This document shows positions 10,410 through 23,527 of a stretch of 64,000 bases of DNA, piece by piece (position 1 is the first letter of the stretch; every line of letters begins with the position of its first letter). Source of the DNA: Eledone cirrhosa (taxonomy: Eukaryota); contig OZ024743.1 in the NCBI GenBank assembly GCA_964016885.1, forward strand, positions 338,334,001-338,398,000. The letters run 5' to 3'. The notes below the pieces were generated by a model. The model was not told the origin of the DNA. It made no database searches and saw nothing but the letters and a program-made list of their open reading frames with translations. Both the position numbers and the translations under genes were made by a program.

Positions 10410-13400
10410 GATGGATGGACTATGGAATTCTGGAGAGTCTGAAAAATCTGGACACTCAGTGACAAAGCCAAAGATAAAGACAAATTCACCTCATGCTGCT
10501 GGACGAAAAGACAAGGACTCCTCCTCTTTGTTTCGGCCGCAGATGGCCAACATAACCCCAACCCCATGCCCCTCACCGTGCCCCACCGTTCCCACCCACA
10601 AAACGCAATCCAAAACTTCAGAGTTGGTACCATGAATGTAGGCTCTAACGAGGTTGTAGAAATGCTTCAACGTAAGGAGGTTGATATTTGCTGTATCCAA
10701 GAGACCAGGTGGAGGGGTGGGTCTGCTAGATTCATTGTGGGTAAAAAACGATGCTATAAGCTTTTCTGGGTGGGAAATGAAAATGGGCTGGGTGGGTAGG
10801 AATCATGTTAGCAGAAAAATGGGTAGATAACATAATAGACGTAAATAGAGTGAACGACAGAATAATTAAAATAAGACTTGTCCTAAATAGAACTACTGTG
10901 ACAGTAATATCTGCGTATGCACCCCAATCCGGACTGCCCGGCGCTATAAAAGACAGATTCTATGAGACATTGATGCTCACTACCTCCCAAATAACCGACA
11001 GTGACTACATAATTATTGCTGGCAACCTAAATGGTCACGTTGGACAACATTGTGACGGCTATGAGGGAATCCATGGAGGCTATGGGTTTGGTACTAGAAA
11101 TGAGGAAGGCTCCAGAATCATGGAATTCTGTGACGCAAATAACCTAACTATCTGTGACACTAACTTCAAAAAACGAGACAATCACTTGATCACCTATAGA
11201 TCAGGGCAACACGGCAGTCAGATAGATTATATCATTACCAGAAGACGTGATAGAGTGGCTGTTGTAAACACTAAATCCTTCCCCACGAAGAATGCACCTC
11301 CCAACATAGACTCATAGTCAGCGACCTCATAGTCAGGACAAGACATACTCGACAACAGAGGAGGACTATCCTCAGGAGAAAAATATGGAAGCTAAAAGAC
11401 CCCACAGCCAGTAATAAATTTAAAAGCATATTCCTTGATGCTTTCGACAGTAAGGAAGAGCAATTAGAGTCGTACAATATAGAGGAACAGTGGAAATTCC
11501 TGAAAGCTAACCTGCTGAAGGCGGCAGATGAAGTCTGTGGCTGGAGCAGGCCTATAGGCAGAAGGAGAGTAACGTGGTGGTGGAACAGTAAGGTGGAGGA
11601 GTCAATTAAGGCCAAAAAGCAGGCTTGGAAAGTATGGCGAGATGGGGGAAGTAGAGAAGACTATCAAGTGGCCAGGAGGGAAGCTAGGAGACAAGTGTAC
11701 TTCGCAAGAAGGGAAGTAGACGAAAGAAAGTTCAAGCATGTTCTACAACGTGAGGACCAAAAACGTGAGGTGTTCAGGATTGCTAGGGAATGTGTCAAGG
11801 AAAACCATGATATTGTCGGGGAGTAGTGTGTCCTTAATGATGATGGTGTACTTGCCATCACTGATGCTGATAAGAAGGTAGCTTGGAAGTGTCACTATGA
11901 AAGGCTACTAAATGAGGAGAATAAATGGGAGAAAGAGTCTCCCCCACATGGATCCAATAGAGGGACCAGCAGTGCTAGTTGAAGGTAGTATGATAAGTAA
12001 GGCAATAAAAGATATGAAGACGGGTAAGACGGCTGGGCCTTCGGAAATAGTTGCTGAAATGCTGAAAGCATCTGGAACGGTGGGACACACTATGGTCACC
12101 CGGATAGTAAACCAAGTCATACAGAATGGGGCCGTTCCGAAGGACTGGTGTAGCAGCATCATCATTAACTGCTACAAGGGTAAAAGAGATGCCCTAGATA
12201 TGGGTTACTATAGAGGCATTAAATTAATCGACCAGGTCATGAAGGTCACAGAAAAAGTAATAGCGCAACTAATCAGAGAACGAATTGATCTAGATGAAAT
12301 ACAGTTCGGTTTTGTGTCAGGTAAAAGTACCACAGACGCTCTTTTCATTGTACGACAACTACAGGAGAAGTACCTAGCTAAAAGTAAACCCATATACTTA
12401 GCTTTTGTTGACTTGGAGAAAGCCTTTGACAGAGTCCCCCGCTCCATTATCTGGTGGGCGCTTAGAAAACTAGGTGTTGATGAATGGCTTGTGAGAGCTA
12501 TACAAGCCATGTATAAAGAAACAGTCAGCAAGGTTAGAATTAACAACGAATATAGTGAAGAGTTTAGTGTAAAAGTTGGTGTTCATCAGGGCTCCGTTCT
12601 TAGCCCCCTACTATTTATTATTGCCCTTCAGGCTATAACAGTGTAGTTCAAGACCGGCTGCCCATGGGAACTCCTATATGCAGATGATCTAACGCTCATA
12701 GCTGAATCAATGGCTGAACTAGAAAAGAAATTCCAAACATGGAAGCATGGCCTAGAATCAAAAGGCCTTAAAGTTAACTTGTCTAAGACTAAAGTTCTAG
12801 TTTGTAGGAAGGAAAATAGGACACCGATCCCATCTGGGAAATCGCCATGCTCAATGGGTAGAAAAGGAGTAGGCAGAAACTCCATTTTATGTCCCAAATG
12901 CAAACTATGGGTGCATAAAAGATGTGGTGGGATCACAGGTAAGCTAACTAAGAATATAGATTTTATATGTGACCGGTGCTCTGGTACAATAAGTAGCAGC
13001 AAGTGCCCACAGAATACTAGCTCATTCCATTGCACAGATGGTTCTATAGAAATAGTTGACACCTTCCGTTACCTGGGTGACAAAATCAGCAGTGGGGGAG
13101 GGTGCTCTGAAAGTACAGTAGCTAGAGTCAGAACGGGATGGAAAAAGTACAGAGAGCTTATACCACTATTGAAAGGCAGGCTGTATGATGCCTGCATACG
13201 AACACCAATGTTACATGGCAGTGAGACCTGGGCATTGTGTGCAGAGGATATACGCAGACTGGAGAGAAATGAAGCTTGCATGCTCCGCTGGATGTGTAAT
13301 AGTAATATACGTGAACGGCAAAGCATAAACGAACTAAGGGAGAAATTAGGAATAAGAGGGATCAGATGTTGTTTACTCGAGAGAAGACTACATTGGTATG

Positions 13401-13865
13401 GTCACGTGATGCGCATGAAAGACGACAGCTGTATAAAAAAGTGCAGGGCGATAAAATTAGATGGTAGCCACGGAGTAGGCAGACCCAGAAAAACCTGGGA
13501 CGACTTGATAAATTCCGACCTCACACACTTACACCTCTCCAAGACAATGTCACTGGACCGAGATCTTTGGCGCCTCACAGTCACACCGAAGACCCGCCTT
13601 GCCTAAGTACAAAGTGAAACCTACAGTCAGTAGGCACCTCTAACAAAATACACCCCCGTCCTACTACCCCCATCCCATCTACACCACCCCCTTAAATGTG
13701 AAGTTATGTTGGTACCACAACATCCAGTCCGAAACAAATGAGGTCGTGTAGGTGAAACGACAAAAAAAACACACAGTCCACGCTGTAATGTGGCCGTGTA
13801 GGTAACATGGTAAAAACCTCCCAGTCCACACTGTAAATGTGGTAGGTGTTAGGAAGGGCATCCAA
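10410..13865 (+). mobile_element. RTE LINE subfamily A, near full-length but disabled (APE endonuclease, RT, PHD), extreme 3' end missing
   Basis: APE motifs RVGTMNVG, CCIQETRW, SAYAPQ, AGNLNGHVG, QIDYII. RT motifs DLEKAFDRVP, GVHQGSVLSP, YADD. Several stops and frameshifts. The 5' boundary is approximate. Confidence 0.95.
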
Positions 13866-13975
13866 ACTCTCTCCCATGCATCCCTGTCGCATCAAATTGG
13901 GTTGGGTGTGAAAGCAAGACCTCACTGTTTATTATAACTGATGTAATGCTTGGATTTCACTAGTCTAATACTTGC

Positions 13976-13977
13976 AG

Positions 13978-14012
<35 letters not shown>

Positions 14013-14365
14013 CAGACATACACACACACATAAACCCGGGGACACACACACTCACATAAAGCCCCCATACACATAAACCCAGACACACACACACACACAC
14101 ACACACATAAAGCCAGGCACACACACATAAACCCAGACACACACACATAAACCCAGATGCACACACACAAACCCTGATGCACACACACAAACCCTGATGC
14201 ACACACACACATAAACCCAAACATACACACACACATAAACCCTGACACACACACACACACACACACACATAAACCCAGACACACACACACGTAAACCCAG
14301 ACACACACACACATAAACCCAGACACACACACACATAAACCCAGGCACACTCACACATAAAGCCA

Positions 14366-14407
<42 letters not shown>

Positions 14408-14542
14408 AACTCTGACACACACACATATAAACCCCAGTCATGCACACACATAAACCCATACACATGCACACACATAAACCCTGACACACACACACATATA
14501 AACCCCAGTCATGCACACACACACACAGAAACCCATACACAC
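13976..14542. repeat. (CA)n-based compound minisatellite, unit (CA)n-TAAACCC(AG/TG)
   Basis: Directly visible; explains the C/V-rich spurious ORFs. Confidence 0.9.
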
Positions 14543-14877
14543 TGAAGCTAAGTCAAGAAGTATATAGTAGGTAGGTGTGGTGAGAACTAAAGATCAAAAC
14601 AACACAAACCCTATTGTTAGCCACACTCACTGATCACTCAAATGGTCTTTTTTGTTGTATTGTTTGTTGAGGTGTTTTGTTTGTGTTTTATCTCATTTTT
14701 TGTTATAGTTGTGGTTTTGTTTGTTTGCATTAACCTCAAAAATTTTATAAAATGTCCATTTAACAAATGAAAATAAAGGTTAAAATATCTTTAACATTTC
14801 ATCATCATCATCGCTGTTTAACGATTATTTTCCATGTTTGCATGGATTAGCTGGGCCTGTCACATCACATCATGCAA

Positions 14878-15010
14878 TAATTGTTTCTACTTTTGGTACA
14901 AGGCCAACAATTATCCTAGTGTATTACTGGTGCTTTATTTTATCTACCCCGTAAGGTTGAAAGACAAAGTTTACCTCGGCAGGATTTGAACTCAGACCCC
15001 GCCAAGGTTA
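14878..15010 (-). mobile_element. SINE fragment inserted in an RTE-derived tail
   Basis: ttgtttctacttttggtacaaggcc...ttgaaagacaaagtttacctcggcaggatttgaactcag. Confidence 0.7.
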
Positions 15011-15061
15011 ACTGCAGGTTGGGTGACCATGTCTTGCTCATACACTTTCATTTTTGGCTTG

Positions 15062-15375
15062 CAAACACCTTACAGTGTATACTGAGAACATTTTTCATGC
15101 ACCAGCATAACCACCTTACAGTGTGGGCTAGGTACTTTTTGTCATGGCACCAGTACGACCACTTTATAGGATGGAATGGGTGCTTTTTGTCATGACACCA
15201 ATATGACTACCTTACAGAGTACACTGGGTGTGATTTACATAGCACTAGTATGACCACCTTACAGGGTAAACTGGGTACATTTTGTCATTGCACCAGTATG
15301 ACCACCTTACAGGGTAGACAGGGTGCTTTTTGTCACTACCACTTTACAGGGTGGACTAGATGTGTTTTATCATAT
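15062..15375 (-). repeat. 48-bp minisatellite related to the RTE 3'UTR module (~6 units)
   Basis: ccac(c/t)tta(c/t)ag recurs at 15111, 15159, 15207 and onward with 48-nt spacing. Confidence 0.85.
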
Positions 15376-15490
15376 CACCTATGCAACATCATTCAGATGC
15401 TTGTGTGACAGTATTGCTAATGAGTTGACTGCATACATATTTCAGTTAATTTTGAATATTATCAACATTCTTTACTATATTTAGTATATA

Positions 15491-17260
15491 CTAGCAGAAT
15501 GGCCCGGCGTTGCTCGGGATTCTAAACATAGATTGGCATATTTATCTCTCCTTTCTGAAACAGTACAGAGAAGTACGGAATACCTCAGCCTCAGCATGGT
15601 GTCTACATTTTGTGCAGATTACCAGGGGGTTTTTTTCGTGCAAAGAAAATCAATACTTTATCGCGAAATAATATTTTTGTTTATATTTTGTTATTGTGTA
15701 TGCAAAATTATCTGTACATGAATATATAATTATATATATATATATAATTATATATATATATATATATATATTAAAATAACAGATTAAAGTTTAAGCAAAG
15801 AATCGCTGCTTTCACCCTTAACGGGATCTTCTGAAACTAACAAATCAATCTGTGAACGCAGAAGTAAATATTTCGAAAAACGTTACACACTATCATCATC
15901 ATCAACGTTTAACGTCCGTGCTCCACGCTTGCATGGGTTTGGACGGGGGTTTTCCCACTTGAGGCAAGAGTGATTGTCTTGCTCGCATAGGACTGTCTGG
16001 CAGGTTTTCTACAGTTGGATGCCCTTCCTAACACCAACCACATTTACAGTGTGGGTCTGGGAGGTTTTTACCGTGTTGCCTACACGGCCACATTACAGCG
16101 AGGACTGTGTGTTTTTTTGTCGTGACACCTACACAATCTCATTTGTTTCGGCCTGGATGGTGTGGCACCAACATAACTTTACATAGAAGGGGGCGGTGTG
16201 GATGGGGTGTGGGTATTTTGTTAGAGATGCCTACTGACTGTAGTAGGTTTTACTTTGTATTTAGGTAAGGCGGGTCTTCTCTATTACTGAGTACCGCCAA
16301 AGGTCTCGGTCCAGTGACATTGTCTTGGTGAGGTGTAAGTGTGTGAGGTCGGAGTTTATCAGCTCGTCCCAGGTTTTTCTGGGTCTGCCTATTCCGTGGC
16401 TACCGTCTATCTTTATTGCCCTGCACTTTGTTATACAGCTATCGTCCTTCATGCGCATCACGTGACCATACCAACGTAGCCTTCTCTCTAGTAAACAACA
16501 TCTGATCCCTCTTATTTCTAATTTTTTCCTTAGTTCGTTTATGCTTTGTCGTTCACGTATATTACTATTACACATCCAGCGGAGCATGCAAGCTTCGTTT
16601 CTCTCTAGTCTGCATATATCCTCTGCACACAATGCCCAGGTCTCACTGCCATGCAACATTGCTGTTCGTATGCAGGCATTGTACAGCCTGCCTTTCATTT
16701 TTAGGGAGAACCCTTTAGCGGCTAATAGTGGTATAAGCTCTCTGAACTTTTTCCACCCAGTTCTGACTCTAGCTACTGTACTTTCAGAGCACCCTCCCCC
16801 ACTGCTGATTTTGTCACCCAGGTAACGGAAGCTGTCCACTATTTCTATAGAACCCTCTGCGCAGTTGAAAGAGCTAGTATTTTGTGGGCACTTGCTGCTA
16901 CTTATTGCCCCAGAACACCGGCCACATATATATACACACATAAATACACACACACACACACACATATATATATAGCGTCATAATGTTGTAATACAGACAG
17001 CCAGACATACAGACAGATATTATAAGGGCGCAACGTTATATCTATGTATCTATCTAAAAAGAAAGACTAAGAATTATAGAGAGAGGTCGCTAAATCGCCT
17101 AATGCGGTCCCTAGGGCATTGAAAATTTGAAATATTCTTTGCTCAAAACACTCACAGGACCATAAGTATTACATGTGTAAAGTTTGAAAACAATCGGTTG
17201 GGTGGTTCTCGAGTTTTAGGGAGTCAGACAGACAGACATTCTCTGTTTTAGATATATAGA
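15491..17260 (-). mobile_element. Non-autonomous Helitron interrupted by an RTE insertion
   Basis: Minus strand 5'-TC (17260), hairpin CCCGAGCAACGCCGGG, then CTAG-3' (15491); inserted between A and T with no TSD, the canonical Helitron hallmarks. Confidence 0.85.
15893..16927 (-). mobile_element. RTE LINE subfamily A' 3' fragment inserted into the Helitron's (TA)n
   Basis: ORF 16261-16965 CGRCSG...FRYLG...RLRWYGHV; near-identical by eye to 29530-30570. Confidence 0.93.
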
Positions 17261-17879
17261 TTAAGTTGGTGTTAAGACAATGAAATGGCAATCATCAGAA
17301 CATCTGACAAAAGGCACTGCAGCATTTGTTCTGACTCCCTCCATTGTGAGTTCAAATATCACTTTGGTCAACTTTACCTTTCATCCTCCTGAGGGTGATA
17401 GAGTAGTAGCCAAGTACTAAAGTTGAGACTGACTGACTGACACACACACACTTTTCTTCAGAGCAATTAGGACAGTGGATTAAAAATACTTTTTGTTTTG
17501 GATTGTTGTACTCTAAATTCAAATCCCACCAAGGTCACTGTTGCCTTTTAGCCTTTCGAGATCAATAAAGTCCAGTGTTGTGGTTGGTTCTCCCTCACAC
17601 ACAGGCATGCACACATACACACACACACACACTCTCTCTCTCTCTCTCTCAGTAATAGAGAGAATGAGAAAGAAGGTAAAGAAGGGGGGGATACAGTTAT
17701 ATGGCAATATTTTACAGCCAGATGCCTCTCCAAACTTCAACGTTTCTTATGATACACAGCAATACAGTGTACCTATTCTACACTTGATATACATAGGCAC
17801 TGGATACACACAGATATAAATTCAGATAAGAAAACAAAGTATTTTCGGACGGTGAAGATAAAACAAACCCTTTCTAATA

Positions 17880-18092
17880 TATTATTTTCTAATTTAGGCA
17901 CAAGGTCAGTAAATTTCAGTAAAGTTCATTAAAATAATCCCACTACTTGACTGGTTCTTTATTTTATTGACCCCAGTAGGATGAAAAGCAAAGTTGACTT
18001 TGGTGGGATTTGAACTCAGAATGTAAAGAAAGAGCCAGAACAGATTCCACAATGGCATTTTATCTGACATTCAACCAATTCTGCCAACCCAC
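17880..18092 (-). mobile_element. tRNA-derived SINE (Meta-domain-like)
   Basis: ggatgaaaagcaaagttgactttggtgggatttgaactcag is the reverse complement of the core and B-box. Confidence 0.72.
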
Positions 18093-18539
18093 GTTTCTAA
18101 TATAATTGTTTCTACTCTAGACAGTCGTGACTTAAAACGAGAAGAGTGTGTCAACTGAAGTTTAAAAGAAATTAATTAATGTTACAGAGATAAAATACGC
18201 TACACTCTAGTGAATGAATATATAATTAGATAGATTGACAAAAATATATGCATCACGCTACATGCTATACTGACAACACACATCTCATTCTTACTAGTAA
18301 AACAGTCTGTGACACATAAGAATGAAATCTTTAGCATGCTCTAATGATGAAATAGGTCATACCTAAACTCATCATCATTTAATGCCTACTTTCCATACTG
18401 GGATAGGTTGACAGGAGAGACCACATATTGTTCAAATGATCCATATTTTAATATGGTTTCTATTGTTTCTCCTTCCTAACACCAACCACTTTCACTGTTA
18501 GCAACGGTTGGACACACCAGTCAGCACTCAAGCAGAGCC

Positions 18540-18672
18540 ACTGACTTCCAGGTGGGCTGTGGACATGACTTCCAGGTGGGCTGTGGACATGACATTCAGG
18601 TGGGCTGGGGACATGACATCCAGGTGGGCTGGGGACATGACATCCAGGTGGGCTGGGGACATGACATCCAGT
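18540..18672. repeat. 24-bp tandem repeat, ~5 copies
   Basis: ccaggtgggctggggacatgacat repeated. Confidence 0.9.
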
Positions 18673-19929
18673 CCCACACTCTAACGATGGCATTATATAT
18701 ATAGCACTAACACTAGGGAAGTTGTCATGTCTTTGACAAAGTGAAATAGTCCTCCCAACCTTTTATTAGGCATGTCATCAATGGCTGGATGCCTTCCTGT
18801 CACCAACCACTTTACAGAGTGTACTGGGTGCATTTATCATGTACATCACCCGCACTAGTAGTCTTGTACTTGTTTGTTCCGTGTTCATTTGTCGAGTTCA
18901 TTTCTAACTTTTATTACTTTTGGCCACTCTCCATTCAATGAACATCAATATGGACAGATTCTCATTAACAAAATGCTGATAGATTAATGCTATCTAAAAA
19001 TACATGGCCATAAAGAAATCCTATTATATCAACAAGTTTGCACTAATAGAATGAAGCAGAAGCCTATATTTAAATATCAATCTGATTGTTATTCTAACAA
19101 AATGAAAGTTCCTCAGTCAAATTAAAATTGTATTATCCTTGTTCTCATTGTTTTTATTCTGTAGATCTCTACATCCAACCAATCATCATCATCATTCTTT
19201 AACATCCATCTTCCTTGCCAGCAAAAATTGGATGTGTCTTCATAGAGCGAGTCAGTACTGAAGCAGAGCTACTGACCTCTCAGCTTACATCTCACTTACT
19301 TACATTCCTGTGCTTTTCCAGGTTCATTTTATCATGGCACCCACACTAGTGAGGCTGTCCTGTCTGTAACACAGATGACGTCCTCCTAATACATTATTTG
19401 TCAGGTTTTCTATGGCTGGAATGACCTTCCTAACAACAACTACATTATAGAGGGTACTGGATTAATTTATCATGTAAATCACAAACACTAAGGAGGATGT
19501 TGCTCCTTTGACACAACTGAAGAGTCCTTCCAATCACCAACCAGTTTATAGAATGTACTGAGTATGTTTATCATCTATATCACCTACATCAGGGAAGCTG
19601 TCATGACTTTGACACAGCTGAAGGGTCCTTCCAACCTTTTGTTTAGCAAGTTTACTACAACTGGATGCCGTTTCTATCACCAACCACTTTCCAACCCTAT
19701 AATCTATTACTGACATACACAAAAAAGACTAAACAGTGTAAAAGCAGTAACATAATTGGACTGCCCTACTGCATCTCACAACTGCATGCTGAAAATATTG
19801 GTATGCACAGCACAGTATGGTTCTTCTTAAGAAAATACCTCCCACTGATTTCAACTGACCAATACTTTTATCCAGTTCACCATTTGACTATTCTTACTAA
19901 TTTTAGGGTGGTGTATTGGTAGAATTAGT

Positions 19930-20375
19930 GAAGGCACGTGACTTAGTGGTTAGAGTGTTGAACTTACAATTTTAAAGTTGTGAGTTTGAATCCCAGACCA
20001 GGTGGTGTGTTGTGTTCTCGAGCAAAACACATTATTTCATATTGCTCCAGTTCACTTGTAGTATAGATGATAATGAAGGCTTATGGCTTAGTAATTAGAG
20101 TGTTGGGCTTGCAGTTGTGAGGTTTTGAGTTCGATTTTTCAGACTGGGTAAGGATTGTGTCCTTGAGCAAGACACTTTATTTCACATTGCTCCAGTTTAC
20201 TCAGCTGTAGAAATGAGTTGCGACGTCACTGGTGTCAAACTGTATCAGCTATTGCCTTTTCCTTGGACAACATTGGTGGTGTGGAGAGGGGAGGCTGGTA
20301 TGCATGGGCGACTGCTGGTCTTCCACAAACCCAGCTTGTGCCTTGGAGGGGGATATTCCAGGTGAAAAACCATGG
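19930..20375 (+). mobile_element. Two tandem tRNA-derived CORE-like SINEs (octopus OR-type)
   Basis: Heads gaaggc..tggcttagt.gttagagtgttg, B-box gagttcga/gagtttgaatccc, CORE-like tgtgtccttgagcaagacactttatttcacattgctccagtt. Confidence 0.75.
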
Positions 20376-20835
20376 TGGTGGGAGGGGTGAGAGGGGGGGG
20401 GGGCATACCATAGTATTGGCAGAATTGTTAGTGCAGCAGTTGAAATCTATTACAGTATTTAGCTATGGCCCACTACATTCTAGTTTCAAATCACGCAGAG
20501 GTCAACTTTGCCTTTCTTTCCTCCAGGGTCAATAAAATAAAGAATAATTCAAGTACTTGCTCAATTTAATTGTTTTTTTTTTCTTTCCTCCCAACAATTT
20601 CTGGCCTTCTGCCTCAATTAAAAAACACTATTCTTACTAAAGCAATTTTTATCTATCTAGTACATGTGTGTTAGGAGGTGCTGACAGCAGAGCATGATGG
20701 GAAATGTTGCTGGGCCCCATGAAGCTACCTCATGCATTGACAGGAAATTTGGCCTTAAAACACTTCTTACTGCTGTTGTTTCTTTACATTCTAACTGTAG
20801 CAGCCAAATCTCTCCTAAACAATCTACTGCTTTCT

Positions 20836-21305
20836 TTAACCCTTTTTGTACTAAACCACCAGAAACTATCCCAAGTCTTGTGATAGTAAACTGTTTATTT
20901 TAAAGTGTTTATATTTATCTAAAAACATTCCATAATTTTATTTAAGTACTTTTGTTAAATTATGTTCCAAACACTAGCTTATCAAATCACCCATGGTTTG
21001 ATGATAGAAAACTGTGTATTTTAAAGTGTTTATATTTATTTTAAAAAACTTTAATCATAATTTTATGTAAGTATTTTTGTTAAGTTATATTCCAAACATT
21101 AGCTTAACCCTTTTGATGCCAAACCAACACAGGTTTGATGATAGAAAATTATTTATTTTAAAGAGTTTATATTTATCTAAAAACCTTTCATCATAATTTT
21201 ATGTAAGTACTTTTGTTAAATTATGTTCCAAACATCAGCTTAACCTTTTTGATACCAAACCTACACAAGTTCAATGATAGAAAACTATTTATTTCAGCGT
21301 GTTTA
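20836..21305. repeat. Head-to-tail/nested array of the left part of a second TTAA MITE family (~130-bp units, 4 copies)
   Basis: ttaaccctttt(g)...aaacc...gatagaaaac...ttatgttccaaaca.tagcttaa repeated; the remainder resumes at about 22170. Confidence 0.7.
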
Positions 21306-21330
21306 TGTTTTTTTGTTTTTTTTATTCATT

Positions 21331-22165
21331 ACGAGCAGCAGTACCAAGGTTTGCCTGGGTAGGTAAAATAATATCTGCTTTGATGAAAAGGTGTTGATCT
21401 TAGCGACTGCTTCTCGATGACTCATCTATGGCCACACACAGGCCATGCGGGGGGGGGGGGGGGGGGGGGTGATGACCTCTATCACTGGGAAACGCAGCTG
21501 ACTGATGAAGGGTGAAGGGGCATGCTGGGGGAGGGAGGTAATGACCTCTAACACTAAGCCAAATCTCCTCACGCTACTTGATTGGAAACCGATGAATTCT
21601 CAAATACACAACTAAAAGCTCAGACGACGTCAGTGGCCATCGTTTTGCTTTTGACCATCTATAAGATGTGCAATGATAGGTTCTATCATAGTATAAAAGT
21701 TGAACCAAATAAATTGATTTATGTGTGAGATGGAGCCGAAGTTTCGAATTTGAACGAAATCGGTTGAAAAATGTGGGAGCTAGAGCCGAAAGGCAGAAAT
21801 TTGAGCGAAAAGGTGGCATTTTTTAATATTTAAGCGGCTGCCACGCTATTTCTGAACAAAATATCCAAAATGTAAAGCCCCTTTAAGACGTGTGAAATAA
21901 TCAGATCTAGCGTTGTGTAAAATTTGAACAAAGTAGGTTGATTAATGTGGGAGCTAGAGCCGAAAACGTGGAAATTTGAGTCTAAAAGTGGTATTTTTGA
22001 TTATTTAAGCGGCTGCCACACCGTCCCTGAACAACAAATGCAAAATATAAAGCCATTACAGGATGTGCAATGATAAATTCTATTTTGCTTTAAAATTTGA
22101 ACGAAATCGGTGGCAAAATATGGGAGCTAGAGCCAAAAATCTTATTTTTCAATACCTAAAAAAAA
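21331..22165 (-). mobile_element. Probable second Helitron/HINE-like element with three internal repeats
   Basis: Begins acgagcagcagtaccaaggtttgcctggg (degenerate version of the actagcag...cccggcgttgctcggg end); aaatttgaacgaaatcgg...gggagctagagcc occurs three times. Confidence 0.5.
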
Positions 22166-22289
22166 AGTGATTTTATGTAAGTTCAGTGATATTCCAAACA
22201 CCAGTTAAATAATGAAAATGTTAGTTTTATTTAACTAAGTACCTCGAAATTATTGGTTATTTTCACAATATACTTGAAGCACTCCATCG

Positions 22290-22597
22290 GTTACAATGAT
22301 AAGTGTCCAGTTGATCCAATCAACAGAACAGCCTGCTCATGAAATTAACGTACAAGTGGCTGCGCATTCCACAGACACAGGCACCTTTAACGTAGTCCTC
22401 AGGTAGTTTCAGTGTGACACAGAATGTGATAAGGCTGGGCATTCGAACTATAAATACAACTTATTTTTGCCAGCAGAGTGGATTGGAGCAACAAGAAATA
22501 AAGTGTCTTGCTCAAGAACATAATGCGCCATTGGGAATTGAGCTCACAACCTTACGATTGTATGCCAAATACCCTAACCACAAAGCCACATGCCTTC
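22290..22597 (-). mobile_element. CORE-like SINE (OR-type)
   Basis: gaaataaagtgtcttgctcaagaacat and ...ccctaaccacaaagccacatgccttc are reverse complements of the core and head. Confidence 0.75.
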
Positions 22598-22624
22598 ACA
22601 TTTTCACTATACTGGCAATATCTT

Positions 22625-22975
22625 TCAGTTTAACGTCCATTTTTCCACACTAGCATGGGTTAGAAGGGTTGTCCCATCCTGTGACTGTGTCTTGTACACA
22701 CAGAACTGTGTGAGCATTTACAGTGTGGGCTGGGCATATTTTGTCATGTCATCATCACAACCACTTTACAGTGTGGGCTGGGCACTTTTTGTGGTGTCAC
22801 CATCATGGCCACTTTACAGTGTGGGCTGGGCAATTTTTGTCATGTCGCCATCACGACCACTTTACAGTCTAGGCTGGACACATTTTGTGGTGTCACCATC
22901 ACGACCACTTCACAGTGTGGGCTGAGCAATTTTTGTCATGTCACCATTACGACCACTTTATAGTGAGGGCTGGAG
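22625..22975 (-). repeat. RTE-type 3' terminus followed by a 48-bp minisatellite (~5.5 units)
   Basis: tttaacgtccatttttccacactagcatgggtt tail; ccactttacagt at 22761, 22809 and 22857. Confidence 0.85.
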
Positions 22976-23491
22976 GTTTACTAGATGTATGCTACAGACT
23001 GTGGTAACAAAATAGTTAAAGTAGCAGTAGCAGATGTTATTCTCTCCAATCTTATCATATATTACAATAAAGATAGTTTATGTTCATGGCTTGTAATTCC
23101 TACTGACCAGTTTGTTGCATCAATATTTTCCAATATTTTCTCAAACGAGACTGATCGGGGTTATTTAACAACTGTAATGATAACTTCAACAACCAGTGGC
23201 AAGTTATACACATACACTCGAATATACACAAACACACACACATGTTCATACACAAACGCACACACACTCAAATATACACAAACACATACACACATGTTCA
23301 TACACAAATGCACACACACTCAAATATATACAAACACAAACACACACACACACGCACATGCACATATACAAACACAGGCACACAAACAAACATACACACA
23401 CATTCACACAAAAAACGAATATACACAAACACACACACATCCGCATGCACATACACAGCAATAATAGCTTCAACAACAACCAGTGACCACT

Positions 23492-23527
<36 letters not shown>

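Noticed and set aside
22715-22972. CRISPR-like look of the 48-bp arrays
   Set aside because: The variable parts are homologous to each other rather than unique spacers; no cas genes; eukaryotic context.
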